DNA from: an uncultured cyanobacterium
Lineage (GTDB): Bacteria > Cyanobacteriota > Cyanobacteriia > Cyanobacteriales > CAWUOF01
Direction: 5' to 3'
NCBI GenBank assembly: GCA_963744145.1
Contig: CAVUSO010000001.1
Coordinates: 5,184,001 to 5,248,000, forward strand
Length of the DNA stretch: 64,000 nucleotides
The notes below the pieces were generated by a model. The model was given only the letters and a program-made list of their open reading frames with translations. It was not told where the DNA came from and ran no database searches. Positions 1-10,404 of this stretch are shown here, one piece after another (within the stretch, counting starts at the first letter, position 1; every line of letters starts with the position of its first letter). Both the position numbers and the translations under genes were made by a program.

Positions 1-3000
1 ACTAATTAGCTGACCCTGATTAATTAATGGTACACACAATACTGATTTAGGCTGATGCTGTTTAATATAAGGATCGCTAGTAAATTTACCTGTTTGAGTA
101 GCATCATTTAAGACTAAACTTTCTTGAGTACGTGCGACATAATTAACAATGGCTTCCGAAAGGATTTGAGTATTGGTAATCGGAGTCGATCGCCATAGGA
201 TTACTGGTTGAATGATAGAACCTTCGGCTTCGATCATTAATTTGCCTTGATTAGACAAAATCAGACAACCCCGTTGTGCTCCAGCATTTTCGATTAAAAT
301 TTTCATTAAACTAGACAGTAAATTATCTAGCATAATTTCGCCGGAAATAGTCTGATTGGCTTTGATTACTGTCGCAAAATCTAAATCGGAATTGCCTCCA
401 GTTGTTGAAGATTTTCTACCAGTAATAGTTGTCCGCAAATCAGTTTGTTTATTGGCTGATTTATTAGACAAAAACTGTGGATATTTCTGCTCTAAATCCT
501 CTACTTTACGTTTAGCCCCCCAAAGTTGGTAACCATAGTGAGCTTTGAGCATATAAAGTTGAGCAATTTCTTCTTTTCCTTTCCCTAACCAAAACTTAGC
601 CGCTAATTCATTCCCTAAAGCTTCATTCTGAATATATTCATTTTCATGGGCTGAAGCGATCGCGCGATCATATAAATCTAGTGCAGCCATTTCTTGACCA
701 GAAATCCGGGCAATTTCTGCTTCCACCAACAGATATTTATGCAGGAAATTTTCCGGACAACTATCTGCCCAAATTTTCATCTGTTGTTGGTTGGTTTCAA
801 TTTGTTTTTGATAACTAACTTGGTCTGATTCACTAAAGGTTGGATAGAGAGCCAATAAAATTAAAGAAATATATAAATTGTTAACAGCATTAGTAATCAT
901 CCCTTGCACATAAGGTAACATGGTTTGAGCTTCTTGGATACAATCTAAAGCGGTAACATTGTCGCCATACAAATAGAGAACTTGGGCTTTATAGGTTAAG
1001 TAGTTAGCAAGAGCAAAAAAGTTTTGATTAGTTCGACAATCTTCGATATAATCAGCTTCAGTGAGGGAATCACTGGCAAACTCTCTGGATTTGGGACTCA
1101 AGCCACTTAAATTATAAATGGGTAGTTGACAGGCGATTATGCTATGATAGGCTAATAAATTTTTCGTTTTAGCCGTGAATTTTAAATAATCATTAAGAAC
1201 CGCTAATATTTCACTAAAAATTTTACCAGAAACAAAAAAGTTAACCATTTGATGCAGAGCAATATAGCCGGAAAACTGTAACTCTCCTGACTCCAAACCT
1301 GCTTGATAACCTTTGTTATTAATCACCTCAGCTTTTTTCATTGGAATCACCCAATGTTGAACATGGTTAGCGATATTATTAGAGGCTTGCGCTTTCATGG
1401 ATGAGTCATTAAAACGCTCAGAAAGGTCTAAACCTAATTTAGCAAATTCATAGCCTGAGCGATATTCCCGTAAAACTGAACTCAGAATAATTCCATAACT
1501 AGTATAAACTTTAGCAGAAGCAGCAATCGGACCGTATTTAATCGAAATATAAGCCATTTTCGCAGCAATAATTCCATAAAGTTCGGTGTTACTAAAATAA
1601 GCCGCAGGGTCTACACTGACTAACAATTTTACAGCAGCTCTCATTTCCAGATTCGTCATTTCTGGTTGCTTTAGTAGGATGCTAATTTCTCTAGGTTGCC
1701 AAAGTTTCCGCACTTCTGCTAGTTCTTTTTGTAAAGCATTGGTGAAATCTTGATTAGTTAACTCAATCCCCAATAAATTTAAGGCTTGTCGAGCAGCATT
1801 AATAGCTTCTTCATATTTAGACATCATGGTTAACATGATAATTAAAACATTATAAATTTCGGCTTTTTCTAAATTAGTTTTACATTTGTCAATCACCAAA
1901 TAAATCAATTCTTCAGCATAATCAAAGTTACTGTTTAAATATTCAATTTCTGTTCTTTCTTTATGCAGATCCAGGGTCAGTTGATATTCCTCTTGCCAAC
2001 AATCATCACTTAATAAAGATATACCGATCTGCAAATATTCTTGCGCCGCTAAATAAGCATTTGAGTCTTTCGCTTTGCGAGCAGCGATTAAATTAAATTT
2101 GGCTAAGGCTATTTTTTCAGTTTGATCAGTAATTAACTCACGTCCAAGATTAAAATGTTCAACTATATCGAAAATTTTTGCCTCTTGCTCTGTCCCTGGA
2201 GTATTAACTTGTAACAAACGTCCAATTTTCAAGTGTACTGCTTTTTTTTCATTTTCAGCAATTAAAGTATAAGCAGCTTGCTGTACTCGGTCATGCAGAA
2301 ATTTATAATCTTGAATTAATAGGTTTTCATCTAACTCCGATGTTGGCAATATGTATCCAGCCTGAATTGCTGCAAATAGATCGGAAAAAATTATTTCTGG
2401 CGGTTGTTCACAAACAATCGACAGGGTACTTAAGTGAAAAGATGCGCCTATACAAGATGCTAAACGTAAAACCTGCTGTGTAATAGAAGGCAGTTTTTTC
2501 AAGTTGTTGATCATCAATTCTACGACATTATCTGTGATATTTTTTGCCTCAATTTGATCTATATTCCACTGCCAATTATGATGTTGCCAGTCAAAATTTA
2601 TCAGTTTTTCTGCGGCCAGAGTTTTCAGAAATTGATTGACAAAAAACGGGTTCCCTCCCGTTTTCTTCATTACCAGTTCTGCTAAAGATTTTACTGAGTC
2701 TGTGTCTCGATGTAATACATCCGCAATCAATTGGCTAATATTTTCTGGTTGTAAAGGTGCTAAGGTAATAAAATTGATAATTGCTCCCTCTTTACTCAAC
2801 CGATCAATCGTCATCATCAACGGATGAGTTGGGCTGACTTCATTATCTCGATAAGCTCCAATTAAAAACAGATATTGCAGCTCTGTATCTGTCATCATCA
2901 GTTCAATTAATTTGAGAGTAGCGGAGTCAGCCCACTGTAAATCATCGAGAAAAATAATTAAGGGATGCTCTTTTGTGCAGAATACTCTAATGAAATTACC

Positions 3001-4344
3001 AAAGACAATATTAAAGCGATTTTGTGATTCAGTTAATCCTAATTCTGGCACAGGTGCTTGTGGGCCGACTATTAGTTCTACTTCAGGAATTACATCAATA
3101 ATAACTTGACCATTCGCTCCAAAAGCACCTCGAATTTTTTCTCGCCATGCTTCCAGTTGTGTTTCACTTTCAGTTAACAGTTGCCGCACTAATCCTTGAA
3201 AAGCATTAACGATCGCTGAGTAAGGTATATTTTTTTGAAATTGATCAAATTTCCCACCAGTGAAATAGCCACACCGTCGGGTATTTGGTTTGTGAATTTC
3301 GGCCACGATCGATGATTTGCCAATCCCAGAATAACCCGCTACTAACATCATTTCTGTTTGGGATTTTTCTGGGTTTGCTACTCGCTCAAATGCTGTTAGT
3401 ATGGCTTCAACTTCTACCTCCCTTCCGTAGAGTTTTTGGGGAATTTGAAACTGATCGGAAATATCTTGAGTTCCCAACGGGAAATCTGATATATTTCCGG
3501 TTTTTTGTAACTGGGATAAACATTCTTCTAAATCTCCTCGGATTCCGAAAGCATTTTGATATCGCTCCTCAGCAGTTTTTGCCATTAGTTTCATCACCAG
3601 ATCTGACAAGACTTTAGGTATTTCTGGATTAATTTGATGAGGTGCTATGGGGACTTTGGCAATATGACAATGTACTAATTCTAATAAATCATTTGTTTCA
3701 AAAGGAAGTTGTCCTGTCAGTAATTCATAGAATGTGACTCCTAGGGAATAAAAATCGGTCCGGTAATCTAGGAAACGATTCATTCTTCCTGTTTGCTCTG
3801 GTGAAATATAAGCTAAAGTTCCTTCTAGGACATTGGGATTTTTGAGGGTAGGGTTTTCGCGGGTGAATTGAGTGGAAATACCAAAGTCTATGATTTTGAG
3901 TTGCTTGGTTTCTGGATTAAAAACAATATTGGCTAGATTAATATCTTTATGGACAATATATTTAGCATGAATCTGACCCAAAATCTCAGTAATTTTAATC
4001 GCAATACTTAGGAATTCCTCTAGGGAGAATAGCTCCTTCCCTGCTGCTCTCCTCTGATCCATTAAGTCTTTTAAAGATCTTGCACCAAAATCCTCAAGAA
4101 TGATGACCAAAGTCCGCTGATTGGGTTTTAATTCATAAGCTTTAATTACCCCATCTAGCTCCAGATTTCGGGTGATTTCATATTCCTGTTTATAACGGGT
4201 GAGTTCAGCAGGAGTAGGATAATCTTCTTTGAGGAATTTGAGGATAACAGGTTGCTGATCCTGTTGACGGATACCTCGATAAACAATGGAGTTGCTACTT
4301 TCGTAAATTTGAGTGAGAATTTGGTAGTTGTTAATGTTGATCAT
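1..4344 (-). CDS. Ser/Thr kinase + AAA ATPase + GAF multidomain sensor (HstK-type), truncated by window edge
   Basis: Not in ORF track because it runs off the edge. Minus strand from ATG 4344 reads MININNYQILTQIYESSNSIVYRG. Contains kinase HKDINLANI and DFG, Walker A GYSGIGKS, FLDDLQWAD, and a GAF-like ENAGAQRGCLI near the edge. Confidence 0.9.
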   Translation of the reverse strand, partial: MININNYQILTQIYESSNSIVYRGIRQQDQQPVILKFLKEDYPTPAELTRYKQEYEITRNLELDGVIKAYELKPNQRTLVIILEDFGARSLKDLMDQRRAAGKELFSLEEFLSIAIKITEILGQIHAKYIVHKDINLANIVFNPETKQLKIIDFGISTQFTRENPTLKNPNVLEGTLAYISPEQTGRMNRFLDYRTDFYSLGVTFYELLTGQLPFETNDLLELVHCHIAKVPIAPHQINPEIPKVLSDLVMKLMAKTAEERYQNAFGIRGDLEECLSQLQKTGNISDFPLGTQDISDQFQIPQKLYGREVEVEAILTAFERVANPEKSQTEMMLVAGYSGIGKSSIVAEIHKPNTRRCGYFTGGKFDQFQKNIPYSAIVNAFQGLVRQLLTESETQLEAWREKIRGAFGANGQVIIDVIPEVELIVGPQAPVPELGLTESQNRFNIVFGNFIRVFCTKEHPLIIFLDDLQWADSATLKLIELMMTDTELQYLFLIGAYRDNEVSPTHPLMMTIDRLSKEGAIINFITLAPLQPENISQLIADVLHRDTDSVKSLAELVMKKTGGNPFFVNQFLKTLAAEKLINFDWQHHNWQWNIDQIEAKNITDNVVELMINNLKKLPSITQQVLRLASCIGASFHLSTLSIVCEQPPEIIFSDLFAAIQAGYILPTSELDENLLIQDYKFLHDRVQQAAYTLIAENEKKAVHLKIGRLLQVNTPGTEQEAKIFDIVEHFNLGRELITDQTEKIALAKFNLIAARKAKDSNAYLAAQEYLQIGISLLSDDCWQEEYQLTLDLHKERTEIEYLNSNFDYAEELIYLVIDKCKTNLEKAEIYNVLIIMLTMMSKYEEAINAARQALNLLGIELTNQDFTNALQKELAEVRKLWQPREISILLKQPEMTNLEMRAAVKLLVSVDPAAYFSNTELYGIIAAKMAYISIKYGPIAASAKVYTSYGIILSSVLREYRSGYEFAKLGLDLSERFNDSSMKAQASNNIANHVQHWVIPMKKAEVINNKGYQAGLESGELQFSGYIALHQMVNFFVSGKIFSEILAVLNDYLKFTAKTKNLLAYHSIIACQLPIYNLSGLSPKSREFASDSLTEADYIEDCRTNQNFFALANYLTYKAQVLYLYGDNVTALDCIQEAQTMLPYVQGMITNAVNNLYISLILLALYPTFSESDQVSYQKQIETNQQQMKIWADSCPENFLHKYLLVEAEIARISGQEMAALDLYDRAIASAHENEYIQNEALGNELAAKFWLGKGKEEIAQLYMLKAHYGYQLWGAKRKVEDLEQKYPQFLSNKSANKQTDLRTTITGRKSSTTGGNSDLDFATVIKANQTISGEIMLDNLLSSLMKILIENAGAQRGCLILSNQGKLMIEAEGSIIQPVILWRSTPITNTQILSEAIVNYVARTQESLVLNDATQTGKFTSDPYIKQHQPKSVLCVPLINQGQLIS

Positions 4345-4856
4345 TTTTAGGTTGTCATCAGATTAAGATTTGCCAAATTAGTCAAAGTCGGCTATATCAA
4401 CTTTCTTATAATCTTTAAGAATGGAAAATTTTTCCGATCAATCTGGGCAGCGCGATCGTTGTTTCTCGATTTCCCTGAAAAATATCAAGCGTAATTTGTC
4501 CTGGCTCAGTAAATTTGAGTGCATTGCTCAGTAAATTAATTAAAATTTGACCTAGTTTGATCTCATCTGTGCCGAGCTAGCGAGGGACACTTTCTGTCCT
4601 CTGGAAGACTAACTTTAAACCCCATTAGGTACCTATAGATACCAATCCAGTAGTTGCCTTAATCGCAATTACACCAATTTGTAATTATAATAATAGGGAA
4701 TTGGTTTTTAGCGCAACACTGTAAAAAATACTTACGCGATCGCCAGTAGTCACAATCGGGTTAATCCTTGATGGTTGTCCTAGGGGGACTTAGTTTTTTA
4801 GCCGCTCCATTTGGCCCTCTTCATTGATTTGAGCCAAAATTTTCTCAAAAAAAAGC

Positions 4857-4885
4857 TTGCAATTTTAAATTGCCTATGTTACTAT
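4857..4885 (+). promoter_or_regulatory. Putative sigma70 promoter of the tRNA operon
   Basis: TTGCAA, 17-bp spacer, TACTAT with an extended TG, about 20 bp upstream of tRNA-Tyr. Confidence 0.6.
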
Positions 4886-4905
4886 AATTATCCGTGGGTG
4901 AAAAA

Positions 4906-4987
4906 GGGTCGATGCCCGAGTGGTTAATGGGGGCGGACTGTAAATCCGCTGGCTACGCCTACGCTGGTTCAAATCCAGCTCGGCCCA
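4906..4987 (+). tRNA. trnY: tRNA-Tyr(GTA)
   Basis: GGGTCGATGCCCGAGTGGTTAA...CTGTAAA anticodon loop, long variable arm, GGTTCAAATCC T-arm; CCA not encoded. Confidence 0.96.
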
Positions 4988-5000
4988 TACCCACACTCAT

Positions 5001-5072
5001 GCCCGTGTAGCTTAGTGGTAGAGCACACCCTTGGTAAGGGTGAGGTCACGAGTTCAATCCTCGTCACGGGCT
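5001..5072 (+). tRNA. trnT: tRNA-Thr(GGT)
   Basis: GCCCGTGTAGCTTAGTGGTAGAGC...TTGGTAA anticodon loop...GAGTTCAATCCTC; the usual Tyr-Thr pair. Confidence 0.96.
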
Positions 5073-5237
5073 TTAAAACAGACTTGATTGGTCATTTCCC
5101 CAGTCAATTAATCTAATTCAATGCGGTTTTTAGTTAATTGTAGATTAGCTGACTCTGGGTTAATTGAGCATGGTAGAATCGGAGGTAATGTATATTGAGA
5201 TTTGTTTAAAAATTAAAAAATTAAATAGGAGTCTTAT

Positions 5238-5834
5238 ATGTCCTATAGTGATTTTACTTTAGAAACTGTCAAAAAAAATCTACATCTTAATATTTATAGT
5301 AGAGAGAATATTTTTTCCGAAGTTGTGTCATTACCAGTGAGTGATTATTTACAGGAAACTTTAGCTTATAATGTGCCTTTTGCTTTGGCTAGTAATACCG
5401 AAAAATCTCGTTCAGAGATGATTATTACACCAATTTTATTAGAATTAACTAAAAAATTTACTAATCAAATTAGTTTGTTTTCTGGTGTCGAATTTAATAT
5501 TGAACCTAGTCAAGGTTTAAGTGGGAATTGTGATTTTTTAATTAGTCGCTCTCCCGAGTTTTTATTGATTAATGCACCAATAATTATCATTGTCGAAGCG
5601 AAGAAGGAAAATATTAAAGGAGGGTTGGGGCAATGTATAGCCGAAATGTATGCAGCTCGGTTATTTAATGAACGGGAAGGAAATGAAATTACAGAAATTT
5701 ATGGGGTAGTGACTACGGGAGAAATTTGGAAGTTTTTAAAGTTATCAGGTGAACGGGTACAGATTGATTTGGCTGAATATTTTTTAAATGATGTCAATAA
5801 AATCTTGGGAATTTTGGCGAGTGGTATAAAATGA
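5238..5834 (+). CDS. Conserved cyanobacterial PD-(D/E)xK nuclease-fold protein (HsdR-N-like)
   Basis: GNCDFLIS...IVEAKKE...GQCIAEM...GVVTTGEIW motifs; AGGAG ribosome-binding site. Confidence 0.7.
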   Translation: MSYSDFTLETVKKNLHLNIYSRENIFSEVVSLPVSDYLQETLAYNVPFALASNTEKSRSEMIITPILLELTKKFTNQISLFSGVEFNIEPSQGLSGNCDFLISRSPEFLLINAPIIIIVEAKKENIKGGLGQCIAEMYAARLFNEREGNEITEIYGVVTTGEIWKFLKLSGERVQIDLAEYFLNDVNKILGILASGIK

Positions 5835-5892
5835 TTTTAGTTTTGAGTGATATTTGATGAGGTGGTAAAATCACTAAAGAAAACCTGTCTCA

Positions 5893-6186
5893 TATCAATT
5901 AACTATGAAATTGCACTTAATCTGAGGTTGATCTGTTAGGTCAGGGCAGGTTTATAATGGTGATCTGTTGGTGGCAAAATTGACTGGTGAACCTGCCCCT
6001 ACCAATTTTATCCTCAATTTGCGGATTTCTGTAGGGGTGGGTTCGCCCAGATTTTTGAAATTTACCAATTAATTAGAAAAACCCGCCCGGGTTCACCGAG
6101 ATGTTTGACATTTACCTACTAATCATCAAAACCCACCCTCACCCACAGATCAATATACATCAATGTATCTTCATGGTGAATTGGTA
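5893..6186. mobile_element. MITE, TACCAATT-end family, copy 1, filled with GTAG REP palindromes
   Basis: Ends TATCAATT/AATTGGTA flanked by TCA duplication; near-identical inverted copy at 37045-37289. Confidence 0.8.
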
Positions 6187-6499
6187 TCAGATTATTGACC
6201 GTATTTTATTATGATCACCAGAGGAGTTTACACCTCTACTTTTACAACTTTCTCGCGACGAATTGATGACTAGATTCCAGTCAGAAAACGAAGGAGAATA
6301 AAATTATGGGCTTTGCTTAATTAGGTGATGAAAATACATAACTTGAACCCTAATGGGCGTATTACTATACGCCCCTACTGCGCGCCTCATTTTTTTATTT
6401 AGCAGGTTTAGTATTTTATTCCGTAAATCAGTAACACCAAAATTACCAATATCTCAAAATTCACCTCATAATTCTAAATTGGCTTCTGATGTTCTACAA

Positions 6500-8125
6500 T
6501 TAATCCAATTCAATTCGGGTTTTGGTTAATTGTTTATTAGCTGACATTGGGGAGCTAAAGAGATCATAAATGATTGATAGGTTACCATCTGGTTTGGCTT
6601 TTACTTGCACAATCCCAAAATTATTGTGACGACATAAATGTAAAGTTTGAAACTGATAAGGAATGTTGTCTGGAAAATCCAGCATATTACCTGTCTCTTT
6701 AACTGTTGTCTCTAAAAACCGACGATTAGTTTTAGTAGTTGTCCCATAACAAATTGGACTAGAGGTAAGTTGAAAAACTTTGGCTGTGGGAAATTGTTGA
6801 TGGGAGATTTTAAACGCTGCTCCCATATAAACATTACCACTTAAAAATACTACTGGACGTTGAGTTTCTTGGGAAAAATTAAATACCAGTTCTAATAATT
6901 TATTACGCTCTTTCCAATTTGACTCATGTTCCCAATTATCTCTGATTTCATCAGTGATTTTCAAATTTCCTAATTCTAATTTATTGACTGCAAATGTGCT
7001 AAAATGGACGATGGGTATGGCCGAAACAATAAAAATTATTTTGCTCGAAATAGAATACTGGGCATTAATCCACTTTTCTAAACGTCCCCATTGTTCTAAT
7101 CCTAAAATTCGTAATTCCTGACGATTAAAATCGTAGCTATACCGTTCATCTAAAACATAGAAATTACCAAAACCATAATTGAATTCATAATCAAATTCTT
7201 CTGCTTTTGGATCACTATCGGGATTATGGGAATGTTCATATTCTTGATAAACTCGCTTGGCTGCTTGAAACATTTGCTGAGTCAAATTGAGATTAAAATC
7301 AGGATTTCTTAATTGCCAAGAAGTATCTAATAATGCTGATAATTCCTCTAAGGTATAAGTACCCCATCGTTCTAGGATTTCATGGTCATTCCAAACCATA
7401 TAATTAGTAAAGCTCCGTAAAACCTTATGGATTGGTTCTACACCCCAGTAAGCTCGATAAATATCTCGATACCAAAGAACCATATCATAAATAGATGGTT
7501 TATTTTGTTTTACTTTCTTTAACCAATTCCAGATATTAAAATGTTCATTACCATCCACATAGATTTGATTACCAGCACCAATGATAAAACGAGCATTAGC
7601 ATGAGCTAATTCCACGGGAAACTGTTCCCACATTTCCAAATTTGCTAACTCTTTTCCTTCATAGGGAAAGTTACAACTGTAAATCCCAAAAACAATTTCT
7701 GAAGGATTTTCTGGGAAGGTTTGAAAAGAAAGTTTTTCCTGATGACCCATTTCCCAAGGGCGATTTTTATTATTATAAAAAAGTGCATAATAATAGCTGG
7801 TATTAGGTTCGAGATTTTTTAAATCTATAATATTCGTTAAATCCGTATCGTAACCAAATGTCAATCGTTGTATAATCGTTTTTCTGCCACTTTTACTGGC
7901 AGAATCTAAACTACCGCTATGACTATTTTCTTGATTATTTAATTGAGGAATTCCAATTCCTCCTAAAGGGTTTTTTGAGATAATCAGCAAGTATTCACCA
8001 GGATTAGAAACTCGAAACCACATTCTTACTGTGGTTGAAGTAGTATGTCCGATCACACTTCCACTGGTTAAAAAAGGATTAGGCCAATTTTTTTTCTGAG
8101 TGTTATAAAATTTTAACAGTACCAC
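6500..8125 (-). CDS. PhoD-like phosphatase-fold protein with degenerate metal ligands
   Basis: VIGHTTSTTVRMW N-domain; YSCN, GNQIYVD, WNDHE, LDER and SGNVY match the PhoD motif order. Confidence 0.8.
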   Translation of the reverse strand: MVLLKFYNTQKKNWPNPFLTSGSVIGHTTSTTVRMWFRVSNPGEYLLIISKNPLGGIGIPQLNNQENSHSGSLDSASKSGRKTIIQRLTFGYDTDLTNIIDLKNLEPNTSYYYALFYNNKNRPWEMGHQEKLSFQTFPENPSEIVFGIYSCNFPYEGKELANLEMWEQFPVELAHANARFIIGAGNQIYVDGNEHFNIWNWLKKVKQNKPSIYDMVLWYRDIYRAYWGVEPIHKVLRSFTNYMVWNDHEILERWGTYTLEELSALLDTSWQLRNPDFNLNLTQQMFQAAKRVYQEYEHSHNPDSDPKAEEFDYEFNYGFGNFYVLDERYSYDFNRQELRILGLEQWGRLEKWINAQYSISSKIIFIVSAIPIVHFSTFAVNKLELGNLKITDEIRDNWEHESNWKERNKLLELVFNFSQETQRPVVFLSGNVYMGAAFKISHQQFPTAKVFQLTSSPICYGTTTKTNRRFLETTVKETGNMLDFPDNIPYQFQTLHLCRHNNFGIVQVKAKPDGNLSIIYDLFSSPMSANKQLTKTRIELD

Positions 8126-8171
8126 ATTTAATCTCCTGTCAACTAGATATCCAAAATATGCAGATTAAAGT

Positions 8172-8357
8172 CTATTTATCGGGATTATTGCTAACATCTT
8201 CCTCTGGATGGTTAGAGTTTTTTAGTGGGAAGTCTGAAGATAAATTTTCTGACTCTTCAGTAGGGATATTTAGAGCTGTTTTTTCTCTTTGTGCTGACCA
8301 TTCAACTAACTGTTGAAACATTTTTTCGGTAATCTGAAAAACTGGTTCTTGTGTCAT
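8172..8357 (-). CDS. Small hypothetical protein
   Basis: 61-aa ORF co-oriented between moeA and the PhoD-like gene. Confidence 0.5.
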   Translation of the reverse strand: MTQEPVFQITEKMFQQLVEWSAQREKTALNIPTEESENLSSDFPLKNSNHPEEDVSNNPDK

Positions 8358-8379
8358 AGTTTTGGCTTTTACTTCCTAA

Positions 8380-9627
8380 TTAATTAATTGGTAAAACCCG
8401 GATAAAATCTCCGGGTGCGATCGCAGTCTGACCCATCTCCATGACCCCAAGACCATTAATCTGGGTGATGCTAAGTAAATTACCGGAATTTTGGCTACCA
8501 GGAGCGAGGTGAAACTCATATTCACCATCAACTAGATGGAGATGACCCCAATAGTAAGTTTCTTTCTTACTATCACTAGCAAGATGGGAAAGCGATCGCG
8601 CTTTGACAAATATAGGTTTCCATCCCGATGCTAATCCAGTCAGCTTTTTTATAGCAGGTTGGACAAAGCGCCAAAAAGTGACTAAAGTAGAAACCGGATT
8701 CCCTGGTAATCCAAAATACAAAATTTGACGATCAGCAGTGGGAGAGCGAAATGTCGCAACTTTTAAAGGTTTCCCTGGTTTAACCGCAACTGCTGTGATT
8801 TCGATTTTAGCACCTAAAGTCTTTAAAATCTCCTGAATATAATCATAATCGCCGACAGAAACCCCACCAGTAGAGATGATGATGTCAGCAGTTGATGTAG
8901 ATGCAGCGATCGCCTTGGTTAAAGATTCCCGATTATCTTCAATAATACCCAACATTTGCACTTTTGCATTCAGCGCGGCTAGTGCTGTCGCTAAAGCATA
9001 CTGATTGGAGTCAATAATTTTTCCTGGACTTAGCGGTTGGGTTGGTGCTACCAATTCATTCCCGGTAGAAAAAATTGTGACTCGGGGACAACGATATACG
9101 GATATTTTAGTTTGTTGAGTTGCTGCTAAGAGGGCAATTTCTGGTGCTTGTAATATAATTCCCGGGGACAGTAGGGGAGTACCAGCTTGATAAAAAGATC
9201 CTTGGGGTCTGACAAATGCACCTAATTGACTGGGAGGAGCGCAAATTTCTACATGATTCCCCTGTCTGTGAGTTACTTCCTGCATTATGACCGTATCTGC
9301 ACCCTCTGGGATCATTGCTCCGGTAAAAATCCTTGCTGCTTGACCAGATTTTAAGGTAATTTGGGGGTTAACTCCAGCCTGAATTTCTGCGACAATAGTT
9401 AAACTGGCTGGTTGTTGGGCGCTACAATCTTGGACATCAGCAAATTTTACCGCATATCCATCCATAGCTGAGTTATCCCAATGGGGAAAATCGAGATTGC
9501 TGGTAATCGGAATTGCTAAAATTCGCGATCGAGCTGTCAATAAATCAACTATTTCTACATCCTGATGGACATCTAAAGGTTGGACTAAGTCTAGAATGAT
9601 TGATTCCGCTTGATTTACGGTGATCAT
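8380..9627 (-). CDS. moeA: Molybdopterin molybdotransferase MoeA
   Basis: SAMDGYA, RIFTGA, STGNEL, STGGVSVGDYD and GLPGNPVS motifs. Confidence 0.95.
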   Translation of the reverse strand: MITVNQAESIILDLVQPLDVHQDVEIVDLLTARSRILAIPITSNLDFPHWDNSAMDGYAVKFADVQDCSAQQPASLTIVAEIQAGVNPQITLKSGQAARIFTGAMIPEGADTVIMQEVTHRQGNHVEICAPPSQLGAFVRPQGSFYQAGTPLLSPGIILQAPEIALLAATQQTKISVYRCPRVTIFSTGNELVAPTQPLSPGKIIDSNQYALATALAALNAKVQMLGIIEDNRESLTKAIAASTSTADIIISTGGVSVGDYDYIQEILKTLGAKIEITAVAVKPGKPLKVATFRSPTADRQILYFGLPGNPVSTLVTFWRFVQPAIKKLTGLASGWKPIFVKARSLSHLASDSKKETYYWGHLHLVDGEYEFHLAPGSQNSGNLLSITQINGLGVMEMGQTAIAPGDFIRVLPIN

Positions 9628-9709
9628 GGTTAGTTTTTTTGGTGAGATGGGTAATACATTATCAAGGTAAAATTAGGATCAGACCAATTATGATAGTTAA
9701 AGCAAAAAT

Positions 9710-10384
9710 ATGCAACCAGATAGTGAATTATACTTAGCGGAAACTCAGTCATCAGGTGATGTCAGTGGTGCAGGAACATCATCTCTTACTGCTGAACAAT
9801 ATCAACGAAAAATGCAGCGTCGTAAAGAAGTACAAGTCCAAAGATTAGAAAAAGCGATCCCAGAGAAAGGATTAATCATTGTTCATACGGGGAATGGGAA
9901 AGGGAAAACTACTGCTGCTTTAGGGATGGTAATGCGATCGCTCGGTCATGGTTATCGAGTTGCGATTATTCAATTTATTAAAGGTGCTTGGGAACCAGCA
10001 GAAAAAGCCGTTTTACAACATTGGCAAGATCAGTTAGAATTTCATGCGATGGGAGAAGGTTTTACCTGGGAGACTCAAGATCGCGATCGAGATATTCAAA
10101 AAGCACAGGAAGCATGGGCAAAAGCTTTAACATATATTAGTAATCCTGCATATAAGCTAGTATTGTTAGATGAAGTTAATGTCGCCATGAAACTCGGTTA
10201 TTTACAAGCTGAAGATATTTTAGTAGGATTGGAACAAAAATCACCAAATTCCCATATTATTTTAACAGGTAGAGGAGCGCCACCAGCATTAATTGAACGG
10301 GCAGATTTAGTGACTGAAATGACTTTAATTAAACATCCTTTTCGAGAACAAGGAGTTAAAGCTCAACCTGGGATTGAATATTAA
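9710..10384 (+). CDS. cobO: Cob(I)yrinic acid a,c-diamide adenosyltransferase
   Basis: GNGKGKTTAA, QFIKG, LDE, LTGR, KHPF..G..AQPGIEY. Confidence 0.95.
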   Translation: MQPDSELYLAETQSSGDVSGAGTSSLTAEQYQRKMQRRKEVQVQRLEKAIPEKGLIIVHTGNGKGKTTAALGMVMRSLGHGYRVAIIQFIKGAWEPAEKAVLQHWQDQLEFHAMGEGFTWETQDRDRDIQKAQEAWAKALTYISNPAYKLVLLDEVNVAMKLGYLQAEDILVGLEQKSPNSHIILTGRGAPPALIERADLVTEMTLIKHPFREQGVKAQPGIEY

Positions 10385-10404
10385 TAATTAGCAAGAAGCG
10401 TAAC

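Noticed and set aside
2636..3617. Plus-strand ORFs 2636, 2912 and 3285
   Set aside because: Antisense shadows of the large kinase gene.
4906..5900. Island integrated at the tRNA genes
   Set aside because: No integrase, and I saw no duplicated tRNA 3' end in the window.
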